Source of the DNA: Candidatus Fimenecus sp.
Lineage (GTDB): Bacteria > Bacillota > Clostridia > Oscillospirales > Acutalibacteraceae
Direction: 5' to 3'
DNA: 64,000 nt
Assembly: GCA_045531435.1 (NCBI GenBank)
Contig: JAZSDZ010000146.1
Coordinates: forward strand, 10,156 to 74,155
Each line of letters starts with the position of its first letter. The first letter of the stretch is position 1. A model generated the notes under the pieces. That model saw nothing but the letters and a program-made list of their open reading frames with translations. It ran no database searches and was not told the origin of the DNA. The position numbers and the translations under genes were made by a program. This document shows, in pieces, positions 40,062-49,679 of this stretch.

Positions 40062-40805
40062 TTATATAGTAATTATTGGCGTATTTTGTTCAGCTAACAA
40101 ACATTCCACAAAAAATTCATTTGAAATCTTATCTGCAAGTGGTTTAATTGCAATATTCTCTGTCTCAAAATGACCACAAGCAAACAAACCTATATTCATT
40201 TCGTTTGCATCAAGGAAAGCATGATGCGAAGCATCACCAGTAAGCATAGCATCACAATTTAACTCTTTTGCAATTTCAAGATAGTCACTGCCAGAGCCAC
40301 TGCAAACTGCAATTTTACTTATTTTTTTATCAATGGAATTATATCTCACAACTCCACCCAATTTACCTCTTAAATACAAAGCAAAATCTTCAGCTAAAAT
40401 GCCACTTTCAAAATATGCAATATTAAGGCAAGTGCCATCAACTTTTTCATATTTAGATGAATTGATGGATTTGCAAAGAATATCGTTTACGCCATCAATA
40501 GCCTTATCATAGTTGGTATGAACTGAAATGATGCTGATACCATTCTCGATGAGTTTATATATTAAACTATCACTTAAAACACTTAATACCGGCTTAAAAA
40601 TAATAGGATGATGAGTAATTATCAAATCACTATTGCTATTTATTGCCTGATTTACAACATCAGATGTTATATCAAGCGCAAAAGTGATTATATTTACGTT
40701 TTTATTTTCATCACCAACAAGAAGTCCGGAATTATCCCATTCTTCCTGGGTATTAAATGGAGCAATAGAATCTATGTAGTTATATATATCCTTTACTGTT
40801 GCCAT
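40062..40805 (-). CDS. Nif3-like dinuclear metal-centre protein
   Basis: ITHHPIIF and TGDASHH motifs; classical trmK-nif3 pairing. Confidence 0.85.
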   Translation of the reverse strand: MATVKDIYNYIDSIAPFNTQEEWDNSGLLVGDENKNVNIITFALDITSDVVNQAINSNSDLIITHHPIIFKPVLSVLSDSLIYKLIENGISIISVHTNYDKAIDGVNDILCKSINSSKYEKVDGTCLNIAYFESGILAEDFALYLRGKLGGVVRYNSIDKKISKIAVCSGSGSDYLEIAKELNCDAMLTGDASHHAFLDANEMNIGLFACGHFETENIAIKPLADKISNEFFVECLLAEQNTPIITI

Positions 40806-41461
40806 TGTTTCAACTCACCTACCAATTTTTCAAGTTCAGTACATTCTTTGTCTGCACTTATAAGAGCTTCAAGCTTTTTGTTGTATTTATAATGAAGTTT
40901 TGCAAGATATTTTTTTGAAAGATTGTCATTATTATGTGGTAATTTGCCAACAATCAAATCAAGGCCAGAATAAGCAGTATGACCAGAATAATAATACACA
41001 CTGAGAATTATATATAATTTGTCACCATCTTCTGCAACAACTTCTTTATCGATAACAAAACCATTATCAAAAAGTGTTTTTCGCAGTTCTTCAACGTGTG
41101 TCATTGGCTGTAAAATAAGATGAACATTCTCATTCTTAAGCCACTCTGTTCGTTCTACAAATGAAGAAATTAAAAGTCCACCCATACCAGCAACCGCAAT
41201 TTCTTCTACTTCATTTTCCTTGAAATTATCAAGGCCATCAGATAGTCTTAATTCAATTTGCTCTGAATATCCGTATGAAACAACAGCATCTCTTGCATTT
41301 TCAAGGGGGCCAACACGCAAATCGGCAGCAATCCCCTTTTGAATTATTCCTTTTTCAACTAAATAAACAGGTAAATATGCATGGTCAGTGCCAATATCAG
41401 CAAAAACTTTATCTTTTCTTACCAAATCGGCAATTGCCGTTAGTCTGTTATCAAGTTTCAT
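40793..41461 (-). CDS. trmK: tRNA (adenine22-N1)-methyltransferase
   Basis: RLTAIADLV...ADIGTDHAYLP motif. Start set to ATG 41461 (GGTGAT RBS). Confidence 0.85.
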   Translation of the reverse strand: MKLDNRLTAIADLVRKDKVFADIGTDHAYLPVYLVEKGIIQKGIAADLRVGPLENARDAVVSYGYSEQIELRLSDGLDNFKENEVEEIAVAGMGGLLISSFVERTEWLKNENVHLILQPMTHVEELRKTLFDNGFVIDKEVVAEDGDKLYIILSVYYYSGHTAYSGLDLIVGKLPHNNDNLSKKYLAKLHYKYNKKLEALISADKECTELEKLVGELKQWQQ

Positions 41462-41480
41462 ACTTATCACCACGCTTTTT

Positions 41481-41509
41481 AAAAATCCCCCTATTGTATA
41501 TAGGAGGAT
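41481..41509 (-). terminator. terminator after the ileS-DUF1858 unit
   Basis: 9-bp stem (41485-41493 / 41501-41509, one mismatch) followed on the minus strand by TTTTAAAAAG. It lies only ~20 nt before the trmK RBS. Confidence 0.55.
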
Positions 41510-41520
41510 TTTTTAGTTAA

Positions 41521-41733
41521 TTATTTTTCGGCATTTTCCTTAAGAAACTGGTTAATACCATCAACAAACTCGTCAGGGTCAACACCATGAACCATACAAG
41601 CCTGTTCAACAGTTTCACCTCGTGCAGAAGGACAACCAAGACAATGCATTCCAAGACTTAAAAAGAATGGAACAGTTTCTCTTGCATTATCAAGAATTTC
41701 ACCGATATTCATATCTTTTGTAACCTGAAACAT
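41521..41733 (-). CDS. DUF1858 / hybrid-cluster-protein-associated redox disulfide domain protein
   Basis: 70 aa with a CLGCP motif. Confidence 0.7.
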   Translation of the reverse strand: MFQVTKDMNIGEILDNARETVPFFLSLGMHCLGCPSARGETVEQACMVHGVDPDEFVDGINQFLKENAEK

Positions 41734-41736
41734 CTT

Positions 41737-44700
41737 TTATTCTCCTTTAACAACTGAAACCGTGATTTTCTTTTCATTTACAGTAAACTCGCTAGAATAA
41801 TCTGCATCCATCGTTTCATTGATAACGATAGAATCAGCAAGAAGTTCACCTGCAATGTAATCAAGTTTTTCAGTAAGTGCATTTACAACGAACTCATCAT
41901 CAACTGTAATTGCAGCCTTGATTCTCTGTTCAACCTGATATCCTGCATCCTTACGAGCAACCTGACACTGACGAATAATATCACGTACTACGCCTTCTTT
42001 AAGGAGTTCATCAGTAAGTACGATATCAAGAGCAACAACTGCACCCTGAGTAAATTCAGCTGAAACAACACCGTCTTTTGTCTTTGACTGAACAGCAAAG
42101 ATTGAAGAATCATATTTTTCATCCCAACCCGGAACTTCAACTTCACCGCCAGCAACAACTGCAGCTGTAAGTGCTTTCATTTCATCAACTGAAAGACCTT
42201 CAAGAGTCTGCTTCACCTTATTAACATTCTGCTTAAGAACAGCACCTGCGACCTTAAAGTTAACGGTAAGGAACTGGTCATTAAGAATATTGATGTCATC
42301 AATATATTCTACATTTTTAATGTTAAGCTCATCAAGAATATTTTTCTCAAAAGTCTTAATTTTATCAGCAGTTTCTTTATCGCAGCATACAAAAAGTTTT
42401 GCAAGTGGCTGACGAACCTTAATTTGTTGTTCGTTACGAAGTCTCATTGCGGTAGCAATTACATCACGAACAAGTGCAGTCTGTTCAATAATTCCATCAT
42501 CAGTAACGCCTTCAATTTCTGTTGGCCAGTCACTGAGGTGAACAGATTCAGCAACAGTTGAGTCGCACTTTCTGATAAGATTCTGCCAAATATAATCTGT
42601 CATAAATGGAATAACCGGTGCCATTGTCTGAACACAGACCTTAAGTGCATTAAAGAGTGTCCAGTAAGCAATCATCTTGTCATCATGGTCTTCTGTCTTC
42701 CAGAAACGACGACGGTTTGCTCTGATATACCAGTTAGAAATATCGTCAACAAAAACTTCAAAATCCTTAATGAGAGCAGATGATTTATATTCATCCATAG
42801 AAACAGTTGCCTTCTTAAGATATTCGTTAGTTCTTACAACAAGCCATTTATCCATTGGAGTGAGTTTAGAGAAATCAACCTTATAATCAGCAAAGTTTGG
42901 TTTATCAAGCTGTGCATATGTGTCGAAGAATGTATAGATGTTCCAGAAACCAAGCATCTTTCTTCTTGCTTCATCACCAAGGTTATAACCGAAACGAACA
43001 TCATTTGTGTTTGGTGCACTACCATAGAGGTAACGAACAGTATCAGCACCAATTTTTTCAGCAGCCTCATCAAACTTAATCATAAAGCCAGTCTTTGAGA
43101 ACTTAGAGCCGTCTTCAGCAACAACCATACCATTAGTAACAACTCTTTCATAAGGTGCTTTACCAACAAGAACAGTACTCATAAAGAGCATTGAATAGAA
43201 CCAGAGTCTAACCTGCTCGTGCATTTCTGTAACCCATTCTGCAGGAAAGTTCTTTTCCCATGCTTCACGGTCTGTAAAGTATCCAAGTGTTGAGAATGGA
43301 ACGATACCAGCATCAAGCCAAACATCACCAATATCAGGAACACGAGAAACTTCTTTACCACAATGAGGACACTTAATCTTAACTTCATCAACCCAAGGTC
43401 TGTGAAGTTCAGGAAGAGCATCAACCTGTGCTGGGTCAACAGCCTTTTCACGAAGTTCAGCCTTTGAGCCGATAACAGAAATGTGACCACAATCACAAGG
43501 ATAGAAAGGAAGTGGCATACCATAGTAACGTTTACGTGAAATATTCCAGTCACCCATGTTTGTGAGCCAGTCATTCATACGCTTACCGTTTGAAGCAGGT
43601 TCCCATTTGACTGAGTTAGCACATTCAATAAGTTTAGGCTTAATTTCACTTGTCTTGATATACCAAGCAGGAACAAGGCGGAAAACGATTTCACTCTTAC
43701 ATCTCCAGCAAACCGGATAGCTATGTTCATGTGGTTCAACTTTATAAAGTTTATTCTGTTCATCAAGTTTTTCAAAAACTTCATCAGCTATTGTATGGCT
43801 ATCTTTACCTGTCATAAAGCCGAAACCTTCAAGATAAATACCCATATCGTCGATAGGCATAACCTTTGGAAGACCAAGTCTTTCGCCAAGTTCAAAGTCT
43901 TCAATACCGCAACCTGGAGCAATATGAACAACACCTGTACCTTCGTCAGCTGCAACATCTTCCCAAGCAACGATTTTATGTTCAAAGCCCTGCTGTGCCT
44001 CTAAATCAGCAAAACAAGTTTCATAATGAAGACCAACAAGTTCTTCACCCTTGAGTGCACGAATAACTTCAACTTTATCGTCACCAAGGTATTTTATAGC
44101 ATTTTTCGCAAGAATCAATGTCTGTTCATCACTCTTGATTTTAACTTCAACGTAATCAATATCAGGATTAACTGCAAGTGCAACGTTTGAAGAAAGAGTC
44201 CAAGGAGTAGTTGTCCAAACAAGAATTTTTGAATCAAGTTCTTCAATTGGAAGTTTGAAGAAAACTGAATTATGAGTCATCATCTTATATGAACCTGTCA
44301 TTTCGTGTTCAGAAAGTGATGTACCACAACGAGGACACCAAGGCATTGGTTTGTATTCACGCTGAATCCAACCATGGTTGTCACATTCCTTTAAGAAATG
44401 CCAGATACCCTGAATGTTAAGGTCTGTATTTGTATAGTATGAGTTATCCCAATCCATCCACATACCAAGTCTCTTTGACTGCTCTGTGATTATACCTGAG
44501 AAATGCTTAACTCGGTCAACACACTGACGTGTAAACTTGTCCATACCGTAATTTTCAATATCCTTCTTTGTTTTAAAACCGAGCTGTTTTTCAACTTCAA
44601 CTTCAACCCAAAGTCCCTGTGAGTCGAAACCGTTCTGACGACGGCAATCGTATCCTCTCATTGACTTGTAACGAATAAAAGTATCTTTTGTACTTCTACC

Positions 44701-44883
44701 CCAAGCGTGATGGATACCCATTGGGTTGTTAGCAGTAATAGGACCGTCAAGGAAACGGAACATTTTTTTGCCCTTATTTTTTTCTACAAGCTTTTCATAA
44801 AACTTTTCTCTGTCCCAGAGCTCCATTACCTGATGCTCAAGGTCAACAAAGAGATTTTTTTCGTCTGCCACTATATTGTCCAC
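41737..44883 (-). CDS. ileS: isoleucine-tRNA ligase, long (type 2) form
   Basis: 1048 aa with HIGH-type motif PMGIHHAWG, KMSKS-type motif KFSKTG and a CP1 editing domain. Confidence 0.95.
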   Translation of the reverse strand: MDNIVADEKNLFVDLEHQVMELWDREKFYEKLVEKNKGKKMFRFLDGPITANNPMGIHHAWGRSTKDTFIRYKSMRGYDCRRQNGFDSQGLWVEVEVEKQLGFKTKKDIENYGMDKFTRQCVDRVKHFSGIITEQSKRLGMWMDWDNSYYTNTDLNIQGIWHFLKECDNHGWIQREYKPMPWCPRCGTSLSEHEMTGSYKMMTHNSVFFKLPIEELDSKILVWTTTPWTLSSNVALAVNPDIDYVEVKIKSDEQTLILAKNAIKYLGDDKVEVIRALKGEELVGLHYETCFADLEAQQGFEHKIVAWEDVAADEGTGVVHIAPGCGIEDFELGERLGLPKVMPIDDMGIYLEGFGFMTGKDSHTIADEVFEKLDEQNKLYKVEPHEHSYPVCWRCKSEIVFRLVPAWYIKTSEIKPKLIECANSVKWEPASNGKRMNDWLTNMGDWNISRKRYYGMPLPFYPCDCGHISVIGSKAELREKAVDPAQVDALPELHRPWVDEVKIKCPHCGKEVSRVPDIGDVWLDAGIVPFSTLGYFTDREAWEKNFPAEWVTEMHEQVRLWFYSMLFMSTVLVGKAPYERVVTNGMVVAEDGSKFSKTGFMIKFDEAAEKIGADTVRYLYGSAPNTNDVRFGYNLGDEARRKMLGFWNIYTFFDTYAQLDKPNFADYKVDFSKLTPMDKWLVVRTNEYLKKATVSMDEYKSSALIKDFEVFVDDISNWYIRANRRRFWKTEDHDDKMIAYWTLFNALKVCVQTMAPVIPFMTDYIWQNLIRKCDSTVAESVHLSDWPTEIEGVTDDGIIEQTALVRDVIATAMRLRNEQQIKVRQPLAKLFVCCDKETADKIKTFEKNILDELNIKNVEYIDDINILNDQFLTVNFKVAGAVLKQNVNKVKQTLEGLSVDEMKALTAAVVAGGEVEVPGWDEKYDSSIFAVQSKTKDGVVSAEFTQGAVVALDIVLTDELLKEGVVRDIIRQCQVARKDAGYQVEQRIKAAITVDDEFVVNALTEKLDYIAGELLADSIVINETMDADYSSEFTVNEKKITVSVVKGE

Positions 44884-44918
44884 CTTTCAAGTGATAATAT
44901 CCTAATTTAACAGATAAT

Positions 44919-44946
44919 ATTATACACGAATATAGTGAAATTTCAA
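44919..44946 (-). promoter_or_regulatory. sigma-A-type promoter of ileS
   Basis: TTGAAA - 16 nt - TATAAT on the minus strand, ~30 nt upstream of the ileS ATG. Confidence 0.55.
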
Positions 44947-44975
44947 GTGATTTATTACAAAATTATGAATATAAA

Positions 44976-45248
44976 TTATTTTTTAGCCATATATTTTTCC
45001 TTTGTTGCCATTCCGCCACGGATATGACGCTCCTCTTTATTGATGTCAAGGACTTTTCTTACCTCTTTATAAAGACTCGGATTTACTTTTGAAAGTCGTT
45101 TTGAAACATCCATATGTACAGTGCTTTTACTTACACCAAACACTTTTGCTGTTGCTCTAACTGTCGAATTATTTTCTACTATATACTCCCCTAACATCAA
45201 TGCTCTTCTGTCAACTAAATCATTCAAAACAAACCCTCCGTTTCTCAT
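44976..45248 (-). CDS. spoIIID: sporulation transcriptional regulator SpoIIID
   Basis: GEYIVENNSTVRATAKVFGVSKSTVHMDV HTH and the RGGMATKEKY tail match SpoIIID. The true start may be TTG at 45227, 6 nt after GGAGGG. Confidence 0.85.
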   Translation of the reverse strand: MRNGGFVLNDLVDRRALMLGEYIVENNSTVRATAKVFGVSKSTVHMDVSKRLSKVNPSLYKEVRKVLDINKEERHIRGGMATKEKYMAKK

Positions 45249-45398
45249 ATATTAATATGATACGGAGTGCAAAAATATACTTAAGATTCTTTACAACCAT
45301 TAGAATGACAATTCAGGCGTGGAATCCTACCATTACGTGATCACTTTGCTAAAAATGACTTATCAAATTGATTATCCAGACAAATTATAATTTGCATT

Positions 45399-45427
45399 TT
45401 GACAAGGGTTTATGTGTGTGATAAAAT
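45399..45427 (+). promoter_or_regulatory. sigma-A-type promoter of the LMW-PTP gene
   Basis: TTGACA - 17 nt (ending TGa) - TAAAAT. Confidence 0.5.
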
Positions 45428-45442
45428 TCTTTTGGTGATATT

Positions 45443-45904
45443 ATGATTAAAATTATGTTTGTTTGTCACGGAAACATTTGCCGAAGCACTATGGCAGAAT
45501 TTGTGATGAAGCACATTGTAAAAAAGAATGGAATGGAAAACGATTTTGTGATTTGTTCAAGTGCCACAAGCACATAGGAAATCGGCAGTGACACCCACTG
45601 GGGAACAAAGAAAATTCTTGATGAAATGAGGATTCCCTACACAAAAAGACAAGCTATACAATTAAAAAAAACCGACTATGAAAATTTTGATTTCATAATC
45701 GGAATGGACAGTGCAAATATGAGAAATATCAACCGAATTATTGGTTATGACAAGGATAACAAGATACATAAATTATTATGTTTTGCAAATCAAGACCGCG
45801 ATGTTGCAGATCCTTGGTACACGAGAGATTTCAAAACAACATATGATGATGTTTTACTTGGTTGTACAAGGTTATTCGAATATATAAACAGTAACAAACA
45901 ATAA
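45443..45904 (+). pseudogene. low-molecular-weight protein-tyrosine phosphatase interrupted by an in-frame TAG
   Basis: ATG 45443 gives MIKIMFVCHGNICRSTMAEF... (CX5R P-loop), then TAG at 45575-45577. The same frame continues EIGSDTHWGT...DVADPWY (DP general-acid motif) to 45904. The track lists only the C-terminal 92 aa. Confidence 0.7.
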
Positions 45905-46106
45905 TAAAAACGGAAGGAAATTTAATTTCCCCTCCGTCAAAATTAAAGAATTTGTTAAGGTTTCTTGGATGTTCATAAAAAAGTGTTGCATTCATTGGAA
46001 CAAATGTAAGTGCTTTGTGCTTGATGTTTTGTTAGAATAATTATAGAATATTAAATAAGTAAAATCAAGGAAAATAACGGCAATAAATATAATGATTTCA
46101 TTTTGA

Positions 46107-46131
46107 CTCCCTCTTTATAGGGAGGATTTTT
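46107..46131 (+). terminator. plus-strand intrinsic terminator
   Basis: CTCCCT/AGGGAG stem, 6-nt loop, GATTTTT tail. Confidence 0.5.
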
Positions 46132-46136
46132 CATAA

Positions 46137-47540
46137 TTATTCAAATCCTAATTTCTTAAGAATTTCTGGGTCGCAAGTATTTTCTGCAATTGAGCCGATT
46201 TCTGCCCAAAGTTTATCTGCTTTATCTTTCCATTCTTGGAAATCCTCAAAATTTGCAGGATATTGGTCATACAACATACTGACCTGTGTGCTATACAAAA
46301 GACCTTTTACGAGTTTTGCAATAGTAGATGGCTTAAGATTTTTCTTTGCAACGCCATTGACGATACCCTTAACTATATCTGTAATATCATTCAAATCAAG
46401 TGCGAGACCAGTATCCATACCGCCAAGAATTTTTTCACTGAACATAATATCATTCTTGAAAAGGTACTCTGCCTCGTCATAATCCATTGAGATAATTCCC
46501 ATAAGAAGTGGTCGCATTGAATCAAAATCCTTACCCTGTACAGTCATATAACGCTTGTTAATACTCCACATCCTCTCTTTTGTAAGGAATTTATCCGATT
46601 TTAAGAGATTGGAAATAACTTCAACTGCGATTTCACCTGCTACAAGTGATGATGTACAGCCTTCGCCACAAGTAGGCTTTGTGTGACAAGCAGCATCACC
46701 AAGGACTATAAATCCGTCATCGACAAGCGAATAAACTGAAATATGGTATGGAGTCATACCCTTTTCAATTCGTTCAACCTTATATTCAGGGAAGCTGACA
46801 TTTTTCATAAAATCTTCTTTAAAAACTTCTTCAGCATAAGCATAGCCATAAAATGCACCAATGCCGAGAATTGCACCATTCGGATTATCAGACGGTGCAG
46901 ACCAAGACTTGTACTGCATAAAGAATCCATCTAAATCTCTCGGATTAAAATCATTTTTAAGATACTCAGCATAATAAAGAACAACATAAAGAATATCTTT
47001 ATTTGTAAGTTTAAAATTACCAACAACAGATGTGTCATGAAGCTTTGTACGCGCTACTGCAGGAATACCTGAACAATCGGCAACAATTCGTGCATAGGCT
47101 TCACGCTCACCATCTTCAGTCTTGTATTTTGCACCAATAATTCTATTATTATCATCTTTAATTAAATCAGTAAATGATGCACCATAAATGATTTCTGCAC
47201 CAGCATTTTTTGCTCTTTCAGCCATTGCCATTATGTAATCGTGTTTATGCAACCCAATCATAGGTGCTTCTGCACAAGCCTTTGGATAATTTCCATAAGG
47301 TGAAATCATTGTGGAATGGCTGAAACAGAATTCGCGTAACGGGGTACCTTCTTCAGGAATAAAAAGGTCAAACTTTTCCATATCGGATTTACCCATATGG
47401 AAAACATCATATTCTCTTGAAACATCATCAGGGCAATTTTTTTCAATTACAAGGACTTTGAAACCCTGTTCAGCCATTTTATATGCAAACCAACAGCCTG
47501 TTGTTGATGCACCTACTATAAACACATCATAATCTTTCAT
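46137..47540 (-). CDS. FAD-dependent oxidoreductase (geranylgeranyl-reductase-like fold)
   Basis: N-terminal dinucleotide motif DVFIVGASTTGC...VLVIEK. Confidence 0.7.
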   Translation of the reverse strand: MKDYDVFIVGASTTGCWFAYKMAEQGFKVLVIEKNCPDDVSREYDVFHMGKSDMEKFDLFIPEEGTPLREFCFSHSTMISPYGNYPKACAEAPMIGLHKHDYIMAMAERAKNAGAEIIYGASFTDLIKDDNNRIIGAKYKTEDGEREAYARIVADCSGIPAVARTKLHDTSVVGNFKLTNKDILYVVLYYAEYLKNDFNPRDLDGFFMQYKSWSAPSDNPNGAILGIGAFYGYAYAEEVFKEDFMKNVSFPEYKVERIEKGMTPYHISVYSLVDDGFIVLGDAACHTKPTCGEGCTSSLVAGEIAVEVISNLLKSDKFLTKERMWSINKRYMTVQGKDFDSMRPLLMGIISMDYDEAEYLFKNDIMFSEKILGGMDTGLALDLNDITDIVKGIVNGVAKKNLKPSTIAKLVKGLLYSTQVSMLYDQYPANFEDFQEWKDKADKLWAEIGSIAENTCDPEILKKLGFE

Positions 47541-47559
47541 AATAATCCACCCTCTATAA

Positions 47560-48423
47560 TTACAACTCTACAACACCTTGTTTAGCAGGCCTGCATAGAT
47601 AAACATTATCATATTTCTTTGATAACTTATTAAATGCATCCTTCGCCTTTTCTTTATCACTGAAAATACCGTAAACTGTTGGACCGCTACCACTCATTAC
47701 ACAGGCATCAGCACCTGATTTTCTCATTATACCCTTAATGTGTGGACGTTTTGGCACTTCAACTGCCTGTTCAAAAACATTACCACATAAAGAACAGATT
47801 TTATCATAATTACCATTAGTAACAGCATCTATCATTGAAATTATGTCAAGATGACGGACACGACTAAGTGAATCAAACTGTGCATAAGCCTCAGGAGTTG
47901 AAACATCCTGATCAGGCTTACAAAGAACAATATAGCATTGCGATAAATCCTTTACAGGTGCGATTATCGTGCCTGTACCAAGTGCAATAGCTGTACCACC
48001 AACCAAACTGAATGAAATATCTGATCCAACTTTTGCACCAATTTCACAAAGTTCCTTTTGTGACAAGTTTGTATTATAAATTTTATTAAGACAGTAAAGG
48101 ACACCAGCACCGTCTGCACTTCCACCTGCTGTTCCTGCTGCCATAGGAATTGTCTTTTCGATTCCAATTGTAATTCCTCTGTCAATTATTGCAAGCGAAT
48201 CAAAAAAAGCAACAGCGCACTTGTAAGCAATATTCTTTTCATTACAAGGAACACCTTCTGTGTCACAATTAATAATAATTTTACCTTTATTATTCTTATC
48301 AACTGTTATGGTGTCGTACAAGTCAACTGACTGCATTATCATAAAAAGTGAATGATAACCGTTGTCAAGTTTTTTCAGAATATCAAGCATCAAATTAATT
48401 TTTGCAGCAACTTTAACCTTCAT
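47560..48423 (-). CDS. ispE: 4-diphosphocytidyl-2-C-methyl-D-erythritol kinase
   Basis: KINL N-terminal motif and GHMP kinase motif PMAAGTAGGSADGA. Confidence 0.9.
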   Translation of the reverse strand: MKVKVAAKINLMLDILKKLDNGYHSLFMIMQSVDLYDTITVDKNNKGKIIINCDTEGVPCNEKNIAYKCAVAFFDSLAIIDRGITIGIEKTIPMAAGTAGGSADGAGVLYCLNKIYNTNLSQKELCEIGAKVGSDISFSLVGGTAIALGTGTIIAPVKDLSQCYIVLCKPDQDVSTPEAYAQFDSLSRVRHLDIISMIDAVTNGNYDKICSLCGNVFEQAVEVPKRPHIKGIMRKSGADACVMSGSGPTVYGIFSDKEKAKDAFNKLSKKYDNVYLCRPAKQGVVEL

Positions 48424-48425
48424 AA

Positions 48426-49250
48426 TCAGCCCTCTATCTCAATTTTCATTTCTAAAGGAGTTCGCTTCTGAAAAAATGTTATACTATCAAATCCTGCTTC
48501 TAAGGCAGCAGAGTATGCAGCGTCAATATCAGCTGCAAGATGCTCGGCATAATGAGCATCAGAACCTACTGTAACATATTTTCCGCCAAGTTCTCTAAAT
48601 CTTTTTATGATATCAACCTCTGGTGAAAGCTTATTAAGTGGTTGACGAAGTGCAGCTGTGTTAATTTCAAGCGCTTTGTCTAATTTTGCAGTAAGTATAA
48701 GTATTTCATCTATTTTATCTTTAAACTTATTAATGTTAATATCCAAATTCGATTTTGAATAAAAATATCTTAAAGGATAAGTAAGATGTGCAAGAACATC
48801 AAAATTACCCCAGTTAAGCATTTCAATTATTTCATCAAAATATTCATTGAGCAGTTTTTCAGCCTCTTCTAATGTTAGATTTTCCATAAAATAAAAATCT
48901 TCTTTTCCTCGAAGGTTATGAACAGAACCTAAAACCTGATCATAATCGTGTAAGTTCAATATCTTATCAGCCATTTCAACATCATAAGCCGGTTGTCCTA
49001 ATTCAATTCCATTAAGGACTAATAACTTACCATTAAATGCAGAACGGACTTTAGAAATTTCAAAAAAACCTTGAAAAATACGCTTTTCATAAGTTGGGTC
49101 ATCACGAAACTGGTCAACTTCACAATGGTCAGTAAATGCGACTGCCCTTAAATCCATCATTTCTGCTTTTTCACAGAAAAATGTTGCAGAATGATTTCCA
49201 TCAAACGAATTATCAGTATGAACATGTAAATCAACAATATTTCTGTACAT
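48426..49250 (-). CDS. PHP-domain phosphoesterase (HisJ-family histidinol-phosphatase-like)
   Basis: DLHVHT metal motif and later H/D ligands (FTDH, GSVH, GSDAH). Confidence 0.7.
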   Translation of the reverse strand: MYRNIVDLHVHTDNSFDGNHSATFFCEKAEMMDLRAVAFTDHCEVDQFRDDPTYEKRIFQGFFEISKVRSAFNGKLLVLNGIELGQPAYDVEMADKILNLHDYDQVLGSVHNLRGKEDFYFMENLTLEEAEKLLNEYFDEIIEMLNWGNFDVLAHLTYPLRYFYSKSNLDININKFKDKIDEILILTAKLDKALEINTAALRQPLNKLSPEVDIIKRFRELGGKYVTVGSDAHYAEHLAADIDAAYSAALEAGFDSITFFQKRTPLEMKIEIEG

Positions 49251-49397
49251 AACAGACCACCTCCCTATTTCTGTAAATATTTTACTACAACTTAGTATAT
49301 CATTTCAATAAAATTAACAAGATATTTTAACAAAGTTATTCACTTTTTTATCTAATTATGTTATTATATTGTCAATTTAATATTGGAGGTACTGAAA

Positions 49398-49667
49398 ATG
49401 AGAGGTATTATCACTGTTGTAGGTAAAGATATGGTTGGTATTCTCGCCAAAGTTTCAGGAGTCTGTGCTGAAAACGGCGTCAATGTTATTGAGGTTTCAC
49501 AGTCAATTTTACAAGATATGTTCTGTATGATTATGCTTGTAGATTTGGAAAAAGCAACTGTTCCTTTCACTGATTTTTCAGATAAAGTTGCTGAAATCGG
49601 CAAGGAAATGTCACTTTCAATCCATGTTATGCACGAAGATATTTTCAATTCTATGCACAGAATATAA
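49398..49667 (+). CDS. ACT-domain protein (UPF0237)
   Basis: MRGIITVVGKDMVGILAKV; start set to the ATG after GGAGG. Confidence 0.8.
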   Translation: MRGIITVVGKDMVGILAKVSGVCAENGVNVIEVSQSILQDMFCMIMLVDLEKATVPFTDFSDKVAEIGKEMSLSIHVMHEDIFNSMHRI

Positions 49668-49679
49668 GCAGGTGTTAAA

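Noticed and set aside
42834-43784. Several 69-131-aa same-strand, off-frame ORFs inside ileS.
   Set aside because: They are off-frame artefacts within a continuous 1048-aa conserved ORF.
44884-44975. T-box leader upstream of ileS.
   Set aside because: Only 92 bp are available, and they contain no specifier loop, no T-box sequence and no terminator/anti-terminator pair. They contain a promoter instead.
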